The position numbers and the translations under genes are program-made. Positions 1 to 7,040 of a DNA stretch of 12,020 nt are shown here, piece by piece (positions within the stretch are counted from its first letter, which is position 1; the number at the start of each line of letters is the position of its first letter). The stretch covers positions 1 through 12,020 of the forward strand of contig JBGPXN010000143.1 in NCBI GenBank assembly GCA_041492755.1, in the 5' to 3' direction. Under the pieces are notes generated by a model. The model was not told where the DNA came from and ran no database searches. It saw only the letters and a program-made list of their open reading frames with translations. This DNA comes from Candidatus Methylomirabilia bacterium. GTDB lineage: Bacteria; Methylomirabilota; Methylomirabilia; Rokubacteriales; CSP1-6.

Positions 1-143
1 ATCATCCGGAGCCTGTGGACGGGGGAGCCCGTCACGTTCAAGGGCAAGCACTACGAGCTCAACGAAGTGGCCATAGCTCCATGGAGCACTTCGCCCGTGA
101 GGTCATGCCGCGCGTTCGCGCGCTCGATCCACCTCGCACCTGA
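1..143 (+). pseudogene. LLM-class (luciferase-like) oxidoreductase remnant with internal deletion and frame change; 5' part lies outside the window
   Basis: Frame 1 (1-~80) reads IIRSLWTGEPVTFKGKHYELNEVAIA, a typical mid-protein LLM segment. Frame 3 from ~78 reads SMEHFAREVMPRVRALDPPRT-stop (TGA 141-143), a typical LLM C-terminal helix. The long segment normally between them is absent. Confidence 0.7.
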
Positions 144-161
144 GTCCGAAGGAGACGGCCC

Positions 162-207
162 ATGGTCAAGGCTTCGATGATCCATCACCAGAACGTGGCC
201 ATCCACG
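162..207 (+). pseudogene. N-terminal stub of a gene, possibly VOC/glyoxalase family
   Basis: SD-like GAAGGAGA at 148-155 precedes ATG 162. MVKASMIHHQNVAIH resembles a VOC 'IHHvxi' first strand. The frame then becomes R/G/A-rich nonsense while frame 1 takes over as an ACAD. Confidence 0.4.
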
Positions 208-477
208 CGCTGGGACGGGGCCGACGCCGTCCGGCGCGCGATCCTCGCGGCGCGCGCGAAGTACGTGGCGACGGAGGCGGCGCTCATGGTGACCTCGAAG
301 GCCGTGCAGATCGTCGCCGGTCGGAGCGCGCACCGGCGCTGCCCGCTGGAGCGCCTGTTCCGGGACGTGCGCACGGCGACGCTCATGCCGCCCAACGCCG
401 ACCGCTCCGCGGAGCTGATCGGCAAGGCGATGCTCGACATCACCGACGAGGTGCTGCTCGCCCGTCACGCGGGCTGA
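208..477 (+). pseudogene. Acyl-CoA dehydrogenase family C-terminal fragment
   Basis: Frame 1 reads RWDGADAVRRAILAARAKYVATEAALMVTSKAVQIVAGRSAHRRCPLERLFRDVRTATLMPPNAD...ARHAG-stop, containing the ACAD C-terminal 'AK..A.E.A...A.Q..GG......PLERLFRD.R' pattern. An in-frame stop at 178-180 means the N-terminal and middle domains are missing. Confidence 0.8.
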
Positions 478-480
478 CCA

Positions 481-717
481 CTACGCTGCGGGCGGCCAGT
501 AGACGAAGCCGCACCCGGTCTGGGTGCAGTGCGCCGGCACGTAGTCGACCACCGTCGCCGGCCGCTTCATCGCCGCGGCCGCGCTGATCCACGCTCGCAC
601 CTCACCCGTGCCCGAGCGCAGGTTGTCGGAGTCGAAGGTGAAGAGGTGCTTGGGCCAGTACTGTGCCTTCTGGAACATCATCGGTGCGTGTGCCGACGCC
701 ATCCCCAGTCCCAGCAT
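481..717 (-). pseudogene. LigB-type (class III extradiol ring-cleavage dioxygenase) gene collapsed by in-frame internal deletion, 78 aa
   Basis: SD GGAGG (complement of ~723-727) precedes ATG 717. The N-terminus MLGLGMASAHAP matches the LigB 'G.a.SH.P' start. The C-terminus GTGEVRAWISAAAAM...VVDYVPAHCTQTGCGFVYW matches the LigB-family 'G.gE.R.W.a..gA...dY.P.....G.gf..W' end. Family members are several times longer. Confidence 0.7.
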
Positions 718-867
718 GATCGCCTCCTGCGCCGCTCTACGATCGGACACCGCGGGCGCGAGACGGAATCTATCGCCCTTGGCCCCGCGCGACAACCGCC
801 GTTTGCGTCATGGAAATGGGTCGGATGAAGGATGTGGTGTTCTTCCCGTGCTACGAGGACATGAAGC

Positions 868-1809
868 TCAAGGCGCAGTAGCGGGAGTCCAGAAGGTTCT
901 GAAACGCGTCGCGACGACGTCCTCGTAGGCGACGGGCGCCGTCAGCAGCCCGAGCGCGCGCGCGAAAGCGTTCATGGCCGCGACGGCGTCCTCGCCGACC
1001 ACGGGGTCGTAGAACGGTAGATCTCGCTCGACCACGGTGGCGATGATCTCCGCCGCGTCCGGTGGAAAGCGCCGGCGGCCGACGTCGGTCGCGCGCGCCG
1101 GATCTTTCTTGAGCATGCCTTGTGCCCGCACGATCGCGCGCACGGCCGCGGCCACGCGCTCGGGCTCCCGCGCGATCAGCGCGTCCGTTGTCGAGAGCGC
1201 GGCCATCGTGTAGCGCCCCGCGCCGGGCGGGCCATCGCCGCGCCGGACGTCGACGAGGATCTTGCCGACACCTCGCCGCACGGCGGTTTCGCTGCCGAGC
1301 GCGTTCGCCCAGAAGCCGTCGACGTGGCCGCGCTCGAGGGCTTCGGCGGCGACCACTCCGAAGGACGCGCCGGGCTCGAGGCCGCCGGGCACGGGGGCGA
1401 TGCTGATCCCATCGCGCGTTGGATCGATGCCGACCGCGCTGAGCAGTTGCAGGAACGCGCGGTCCGGTCCGGGCGCGGCGCCGATGCGCAGGCCTTTGAT
1501 GGCCGCGACGTCACCGCGGCGCCCGGGCAGGTCGGCACGCAGCACCAGCAGCCACGGCGTGCCCTGCGACAGGGTGACGACGAGCTTCGCACCCTTCCAG
1601 CCGGGGAAGGCGAGCAGCGTCGTGTGCGCGCCGCCGGCCACGAAGTCGACCGCGCCGTCCCGCAGCGCGTTCACCGCGTCGAGTGACGGCATCAGCTCGA
1701 CGTGGGCCTCGATGCCCTCGTCGCGGTAGCAGCCGAGCTCCTCGGCGGCGAGGGCGGGGAAGTAGGAGTTGGTCACCAGGTCCGGGGTCGCGATCTTCAT
1801 GGTCGCCAT
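868..1809 (-). CDS. NMT1/THI5/SsuA-like substrate-binding-fold protein lacking a signal peptide (313 aa)
   Basis: Long ORF with GC-rich coding codon pattern. Motifs include YFPALAAEELGCYRDEGIEAHVE, AVNALRDGAVDF, IKGLRIG and PERVAAAVRAIVRA, all typical of class II SsuA/TauA/NMT1 SBPs. Confidence 0.85.
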   Translation of the reverse strand: MATMKIATPDLVTNSYFPALAAEELGCYRDEGIEAHVELMPSLDAVNALRDGAVDFVAGGAHTTLLAFPGWKGAKLVVTLSQGTPWLLVLRADLPGRRGDVAAIKGLRIGAAPGPDRAFLQLLSAVGIDPTRDGISIAPVPGGLEPGASFGVVAAEALERGHVDGFWANALGSETAVRRGVGKILVDVRRGDGPPGAGRYTMAALSTTDALIAREPERVAAAVRAIVRAQGMLKKDPARATDVGRRRFPPDAAEIIATVVERDLPFYDPVVGEDAVAAMNAFARALGLLTAPVAYEDVVATRFRTFWTPATAP

Positions 1810-1863
1810 GCGCCAAGGGTGCGGTGACCCGGGCGCTTCCGCAAGAGGGCATCCGCGGGGCGC

Positions 1864-1893
1864 TTGACACGTCCCCGCGCGCCACCGTATAGG
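1864..1893 (+). promoter_or_regulatory. Putative sigma70-type promoter for the catabolic operon
   Basis: Perfect TTGACA at 1864-1869, an 18-nt spacer, then TATAGG at 1888-1893 (4/6 match to TATAAT). It lies in the divergent intergenic region ~155 nt upstream of ATG 2050. Confidence 0.55.
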
Positions 1894-1903
1894 TCAAAGC
1901 AAT

Positions 1904-1989
1904 TTGCCGATGGTCAGTCCTGATCGGCCGGCCGATCGACGGGTGTTCGAGGAGGTGCTGCAGCATCTTTTGCCGCAAGTCGTCGGCAA
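1904..1989 (+). promoter_or_regulatory. Structured 5' leader or operator region (nested inverted repeats)
   Basis: TTGCCGATGG (1904-1913) can pair with TCGTCGGCAA (1980-1989). This encloses the perfect palindrome GATCGGCCGGCCGATC (1922-1937) and the hairpin GGAGGTGC-TGCA-GCATCTTT (1951-1970, G-U pairs). Confidence 0.4.
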
Positions 1990-2049
1990 CCACACGGTGA
2001 AGCATCAACGGACCCGGCGCACTGCGCGGGGCCGTCACGAGGAGAAGGC

Positions 2050-3192
2050 ATGAGTCGGGTCGCGGTGCTCGGGGGCGGAGCGGGCGGTCACGCGGTGGCG
2101 GCGGAGTGCGCGTGGGCCGGACACGAGGTGACGCTGGTCGAAGCGCCGGAGTTCGCGGCGAGCATCGCCGGCGTGCGCGAGACGCGCATCGTCGAAGTGC
2201 TCGGCCGTGGTCCCGATCCGGTGCCGGCCAAGCTGGCCGGCGTGACCACCGACGTCGGAGCGGCGGTGGGCGAGGCCGATCTCGTCTTCATCATCGTCCC
2301 GTGCTTCGGCCACGAGCCGATGGCCCAGGCGTGCGCTCCGCACCTGCACGACGGGCAGAGCGTGATCTTCTTCGGCGAGGGCTCGGGCGCGCTGGTGATG
2401 CGCAAGGTGCTCCGCGATCGCGGCGCGCGCGCCGACGTGCTGATCGGCGAGACCAACACCCTGCCGTACCTGGCCCGCCTGCGGGGGCCGGCCCGCGTGC
2501 ACGTGATCTGGAAGAAGGGCGGCACGCTGCTGGCGGCTTTTCCGGGCCGCCGTACGCCGGAATTGCTGGCGCGGCTGCAGCCGATCTGGCCGTACATGAG
2601 CGGCGTCACCAACGTGCTGGAGACGATCCTCATCAACTTCAACGCCATCGACCACGTCCCCACCATGATCTGCAACGCCGGCTTTCTCGAAACCCGCACG
2701 ACGCAGTGTCTGCTCTGGGGCGAGGGCGCGAGTCCCGGCGTGGCGCGGGCCATCGAGGCGGTGGACAGCGAGATCCTGGCCATCCGCGCGGCCCTGGGCT
2801 TCGCCGACCGGACGCCCTACCGCGATTTCCTCTTCAAGCAGGGCTTCGTCGACGCGCGCCAGGCGACCACGCACGAGGCGATCCACAAGAGCACGCTCGC
2901 GGCCAGCCTGTTTCCGTGCGGGCCCCAGGCGTTGCAGTCGCGTTATCTGACCGAGGACGTCCCGTACGCGCACGTGCTGATCGCCGACATCGGCGACGTC
3001 GCGGGGGTCGACACGCCCGTCATCGACGGTCTCATCGCGCTGGCGTCGGTGATGAACGCCGACGACTATCGCAAGCGCGGCCGCACGCTGGCGACGCTCG
3101 GCCTCGGCGGGCTCGATCGCGCGGCGCTCTTGAGGCTGGTGAACGAGGGTGATCAGGCGGCGTCCTCGGGGCCGCGGCCGGCCACGCGGTGA
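2050..3192 (+). CDS. NAD(P)-dependent opine (octopine/nopaline) dehydrogenase family protein (380 aa)
   Basis: SD GAGGAG at 2039-2044. Rossmann motif VAVLGGGAGGHAVA. Family motifs GETNTLPY, LINFNAIDH and RYLTEDVPY, plus C-terminal 'TP.ID.LI.LAS......DY...GRTL..LGL'. Confidence 0.9.
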   Translation: MSRVAVLGGGAGGHAVAAECAWAGHEVTLVEAPEFAASIAGVRETRIVEVLGRGPDPVPAKLAGVTTDVGAAVGEADLVFIIVPCFGHEPMAQACAPHLHDGQSVIFFGEGSGALVMRKVLRDRGARADVLIGETNTLPYLARLRGPARVHVIWKKGGTLLAAFPGRRTPELLARLQPIWPYMSGVTNVLETILINFNAIDHVPTMICNAGFLETRTTQCLLWGEGASPGVARAIEAVDSEILAIRAALGFADRTPYRDFLFKQGFVDARQATTHEAIHKSTLAASLFPCGPQALQSRYLTEDVPYAHVLIADIGDVAGVDTPVIDGLIALASVMNADDYRKRGRTLATLGLGGLDRAALLRLVNEGDQAASSGPRPATR

Positions 3193-3219
3193 GCTCGACG
3201 GGGCGCGGCGAAGACTGAC

Positions 3220-4227
3220 ATGAGGTTCGGCTGCTCGTTCTGGCTCGATCGCGATCCCCGTCAGGCGGCACGATTCGCCCGCGAGGCGGAGGACGCCGGG
3301 TTCCAGGACGTCTGGTTCCCGGACCACTACTTCATCCGCGAGGTCTACGCGGCCCTGGCGCTGGCGGCGGCGGCGACGACCCGCGTCGGACTCGGCACCG
3401 CGGTGACCAGCCCGTACCTTCGCCATCCCGTGCTGCTGGCCTCGGCGGTGGCGACGATCGACGAGATCTCCGACGGCCGGGCCATCCTCGGCATCGGCGT
3501 GGGCGGCCACGAATTCCCCAGCCAGCTCACCGTGAGCCTCGCGCGTCCGCTCGCGGTGTGCCGGGAGGCGACCGACATCATCCGCCGTCTCCTCGCCGGC
3601 GAGACGGTCACCGCGCAGGGGAAAGTCTTCTCGGTGCAGGGGGCCAAGCTGCATTTCACGCCATCGCGCCCCGTCCCCGTGTATCTCGCGGCTCGCGGCC
3701 CGCAGATGCTCGCCCTCGCCGGCGAGATCGCCGACGGTGTCATCACCCACGGGACGCACGAGCGCTATCTCACGCTCGCGCGGGATCAGATTGCGGGCGG
3801 CCTCCTGAAAGCCGGCCGGGCCGCCGGGGCCGTCGACCTCGCGCTGATGGGCGAGGTGGCGGTGACCAACGACCTCGCGGGCGAGCGCGATCGGCTGCGG
3901 CCGCGCTGCGTCCTCATGGCCGGTGGTGAGTACGCGCCCGAGATGCTCGAGCGCTACGGGCTGACCGCCGCCGACGTCGAGCCGGTACGCCGGGCCGTGA
4001 AGGCCGGCGATCTGACGGCGGCCGGTCGGGCCGTGAACGATCGCGTCGTCGACGCGTTCTGCGTGGTCGGGTCCGCCGACCGCTGCCGCGAAACGCTGCG
4101 GGCCATGGCCGGCGCCGGCGTCACCCACGTGATCTGCTCCATCGGCTCGGGCGCGAGCGAGGCCGACCTCACGCGGACGCTCCGCACACTCGGGCGCGAG
4201 ATCATCGCGCCGCTGGCGTCGGTGTGA
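3220..4227 (+). CDS. LLM-class flavin/F420-dependent oxidoreductase, Mer-like (335 aa)
   Basis: Motifs AEDAGFQDVWFPDHY, TTRVGLGTAVTSPYLRHP, SDGRAILGIGVG and PVYLAARGPQMLALAGEIADGVI. Confidence 0.9.
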   Translation: MRFGCSFWLDRDPRQAARFAREAEDAGFQDVWFPDHYFIREVYAALALAAAATTRVGLGTAVTSPYLRHPVLLASAVATIDEISDGRAILGIGVGGHEFPSQLTVSLARPLAVCREATDIIRRLLAGETVTAQGKVFSVQGAKLHFTPSRPVPVYLAARGPQMLALAGEIADGVITHGTHERYLTLARDQIAGGLLKAGRAAGAVDLALMGEVAVTNDLAGERDRLRPRCVLMAGGEYAPEMLERYGLTAADVEPVRRAVKAGDLTAAGRAVNDRVVDAFCVVGSADRCRETLRAMAGAGVTHVICSIGSGASEADLTRTLRTLGREIIAPLASV

Positions 4228-4290
4228 TGGCGGCGCCGGGGCGGGCGAAAATAACGGGCCAGCGAGCATGAGAGTGGAGATGCGGCGACG

Positions 4291-5628
4291 ATGAGCGCCG
4301 ATCTGCTGATCAGCAACGGCATTCTGATCACGCTGGACGGGCAGCGGCGGATGTTGCGCGGCTCGGTCGCCATCACCGCTGACCGCATCTCCGCGATCGT
4401 GCCGGCCGGGGAGCCGGCACCGCCGGCCCGCCGGACCATCGATGCGTCCCGCCACGTCGTCATCCCGGGACTGGTCGACGCTCACGATCACCTTCGCAAT
4501 CTCACCCCGGGCGTGGCCCTCGCCACCGGCCTGAAGCTCGACGACTATCTGCGCGTGCTCTGGAAGCTCCAGCAGCACATGACGGCCGAAGACTTTCGGC
4601 TCAGCGCGCTGCTCGGCAGCATCAAGCTCCTCAAAGGCGGTTGCACCACCGTCATCGATCACGCATATCCGTACCACCAGCCCGGTATCGACGGCGCGCT
4701 GGTCGAGGCCTACCGCGCCTCCGGCATCCGCTGGTACTACGCGCGCGGCATCATGACCAAACCCTTCAAGCCGCTGTGCGAGTCGCGGCGCGGCGCGTTC
4801 GCGCGCATCGAGGCGCTGCTCGACAACGGCGTGCCCGCGGACCGCTTGATGGTGGCGCCGGTGTCGTTTCGCCAGGCCACGCCCGAGGACTACCGCGCGG
4901 CCCGGCGCCTGGCCGACCGGCGCGGCCTGCGCCTCTACACGCACATCGCCGAGACCCGGGACGAGGTCGCGCAGTCGCTGAAGCAGTTCAAGTACCGTCC
5001 GATCGAGCACCTGCATCACCTCGGCTGGACCGGGCCCGACGTGACGCTGGTGCACTGCGTGCAGCTCTCGGCGGGCGAGGTGAACGTGCTGGCGAAGAGC
5101 GGCACGTCGGTGGTGCACTGTCCGTCCAATCACATGGCGCTGGCCAAGGGCGTCACTCCGGTGCCGCGGCTCCTGGCCCGCGGCATTCCCGTGTGCCTCG
5201 GGCTCGACGGCATGGACAGCCTGCTGCTCGAGATCCGGCTCGAGGTCCTCATGCAGAGCCTCGTCAACCTCGACCCGGCTGCGCTGCGGGAGGACACGGC
5301 GCTGCAGATGGCGACGCTGAACGGCGCCCGTGCCTGCGGCGCGGAGAACACGCTGGGCTCGCTGGAGGTCGGCAAGAAGGCGGACCTGGTGACCGTCTCT
5401 GTCGGCCGGATTCATTCGGCGCCGACGCTGAACCCCGTCCACGCGCTGGTGCACATGGCCCACGCGGACGACGTCGACACCGTCGTGGTGGACGGACGCG
5501 TCGCGGTCCACGGCGGCAAGGTGCAAGGCGTCGACGAGGAGGCGCTCACCGCCGAGGTCCAAAAGGCCGCCCGGCGCTATCTCGAGCGCGCGGGCCACGG
5601 CGATCTCCTCCCGGCGTACCTGCCGTGA
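4291..5628 (+). CDS. Metal-dependent amidohydrolase/deaminase, SsnA/MtaD/AtzA/8-oxoguanine deaminase-like group (445 aa)
   Basis: Motifs IPGLVDAHDH (HxH), GCTTVIDH, YTHIAET (HxxE), TLVHCV, VVHCPSNHMAL, LGLDG (catalytic Asp) and ATLNGARACG...GSLEVGKKADLV. Confidence 0.9.
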   Translation: MSADLLISNGILITLDGQRRMLRGSVAITADRISAIVPAGEPAPPARRTIDASRHVVIPGLVDAHDHLRNLTPGVALATGLKLDDYLRVLWKLQQHMTAEDFRLSALLGSIKLLKGGCTTVIDHAYPYHQPGIDGALVEAYRASGIRWYYARGIMTKPFKPLCESRRGAFARIEALLDNGVPADRLMVAPVSFRQATPEDYRAARRLADRRGLRLYTHIAETRDEVAQSLKQFKYRPIEHLHHLGWTGPDVTLVHCVQLSAGEVNVLAKSGTSVVHCPSNHMALAKGVTPVPRLLARGIPVCLGLDGMDSLLLEIRLEVLMQSLVNLDPAALREDTALQMATLNGARACGAENTLGSLEVGKKADLVTVSVGRIHSAPTLNPVHALVHMAHADDVDTVVVDGRVAVHGGKVQGVDEEALTAEVQKAARRYLERAGHGDLLPAYLP

Positions 5629-5638
5629 GCATCGACAC

Positions 5639-6937
5639 GTGAGGGCGCCGTTCTCGCTCCGGAACGCCAGCGTGCACGGGACGCTGCTCGACCCGGCGAT
5701 GGCGCAATTCCCGGCGTCCGACGACGGCTTCACGCTCGTGGATCTGGAGATCGCGGGTGGACGAATTGCCAGCGTGGCGCCCAGCACAGGCACGCTTGCC
5801 GGCGGCTCCGATATCGACATGCGCGAGGGCCAGGTCTGGCCGTGCTTCGTCGATCTGCACGCGCATCTCGACAAGGGGCACACCTGGCCGCGCCGCCCGA
5901 ACCTCGACGGCAGTCGCGCCGGCGCATTGGCGGCAGTCTCCGCCGACCGCGAAGCCTCCTGGCACCGCGAGGACGTGCGGCGACGGATGGAGTTCGGCCT
6001 GCGTTGCGCCTATGCCCACGGCACGCGCGCGATTCGCAGCCATCTCGACTCGCACTGGTCGCGCCCGGACGAGAACTGGGGGGCCGCCCTGGAGGCGCGG
6101 GAGGCCTGGGCGGGGCGGATCGAGCTCCAGCTCGTCGGCTTCGCGCCGCAAGAGATCTTCGCCGGGCCCCGGGGCGAAGCGCTGGCCGATCGGGTCGCCC
6201 GCGCGCGCGGCGTGCTGGGCGCCGTGGTCCACGCGCTGAACCCCGAGCTCGATGGGCTGCTCGATCGGCTGATCGCGCTGGCGAAGGAGCGCGATCTCGA
6301 CGTCGATCTGCACTGTGACGAGACCAGCGACGCGGCGAGCTTCACGCTGCCCCGCGTGGCGGCGGCGGTGCTGCGCGCCGGCTTCCGGAATCAGGTCGTG
6401 TGCGGCCACTGCACGTGCCTGGCCCTGCAGTCGGCCGGTGACGCTGATGCCGCGCTCGATCTCGTGAAGCGCGCCGGGATCGCGCTGGTGAGCCTGCCCC
6501 TGACCAATCTCTATCTTCAAGACCGGCAGTCCGGGCGCACGCCCCGTTGGCGCGGCGTCACGCTGGTGCACGAGCTCGAAGCGTCCGGGATTCCGGTGGC
6601 GATCGCCGGCGACAACTGCCGCGATCCCTTCTACGCCTTCGGCGACCACGACATGCTCGAGGTCTTCCGCGAAGCCGTGCGCATCGCGCACCTGGACCGG
6701 CCCTACGGCCGATGGCCACGCGCGGTGACGACCACGCCGGCACGGCTCATGAAGCTCGCCGCGCCGGGGTGGATCGGCGCGGGCCAGCCCGCCGACCTGG
6801 TCCTCTTCACCGCACGCGACTTCAGCGAGCTGCTGGCCCGTCCGCAGTCCGACCGCCGCGTGTTGCGGGCGGGTGTGACGATCGACGCGACGCTGCCCGA
6901 CTACCGCGAGCTGGACGAACTGGTGCGCCGCCGATGA
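5639..6937 (+). CDS. Cytosine deaminase-like (CodA-fold) deaminase, pterin-deaminase-like subgroup (432 aa; GTG start approximate)
   Basis: Motifs PCFVDLHAHLDKGHTWPRRPNLDG, HGTRAIRSHLDS, VDLHCDET, VVCGHCTCLA, SLPLTNLYLQDR...TPRWRGVT and AGDNCRDPFYAFGDHDMLEVF. Confidence 0.88.
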   Translation: MRAPFSLRNASVHGTLLDPAMAQFPASDDGFTLVDLEIAGGRIASVAPSTGTLAGGSDIDMREGQVWPCFVDLHAHLDKGHTWPRRPNLDGSRAGALAAVSADREASWHREDVRRRMEFGLRCAYAHGTRAIRSHLDSHWSRPDENWGAALEAREAWAGRIELQLVGFAPQEIFAGPRGEALADRVARARGVLGAVVHALNPELDGLLDRLIALAKERDLDVDLHCDETSDAASFTLPRVAAAVLRAGFRNQVVCGHCTCLALQSAGDADAALDLVKRAGIALVSLPLTNLYLQDRQSGRTPRWRGVTLVHELEASGIPVAIAGDNCRDPFYAFGDHDMLEVFREAVRIAHLDRPYGRWPRAVTTTPARLMKLAAPGWIGAGQPADLVLFTARDFSELLARPQSDRRVLRAGVTIDATLPDYRELDELVRRR

Positions 6938-6964
6938 CCTGCCGCGGTTCGAGCCCGGGCGTCA

Positions 6965-7018
6965 CCCGTGCCATCCCGCTTTCGGGGGACGGTATGGGAA
7001 GGGGGGCGGAGTCCCCCC
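6965..7018. repeat. Tandem GC-rich hairpins (REP-like or mRNA-stabilising element) inside the operon
   Basis: CCCGTGCCATCCC (6965-6977) pairs with GGGACGGTATGGG (6986-6998) with G-U pairs and one mismatch. It is followed by GGGGGG-CGGAGT-CCCCCC (7001-7018). There is no U-tract. Confidence 0.4.
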
Positions 7019-7040
7019 GCGAGGCGCAGAGGAGGATCAC

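Noticed and set aside
162..587. 141-aa + strand ORF as an intact gene, or a programmed frameshift joining it to the ACAD frame
   Set aside because: After ~15 codons it is R/G/A-rich nonsense. There is no slippery sequence at the junction, and the joined product would still lack most of an ACAD.
2050..3192. Opine metallophore (staphylopine/pseudopaline-type) biosynthesis
   Set aside because: There is no nicotianamine synthase-like gene, exporter or nickel/peptide-type ABC system, and the context is catabolic.
2035..5883. 1282-aa minus-strand ORF
   Set aside because: Antisense shadow. The three real + genes (2050, 3220, 4291) share one frame, and GC-rich codon bias leaves the mirror frame stop-free. 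The translation shows no recognisable domain.
6941..6973. GGTTCGAGCCC resembling a tRNA T-loop or att-site remnant
   Set aside because: The T-stem has a mismatch, CCA is not at the correct distance, there is no D or anticodon arm, and no integrase is nearby.
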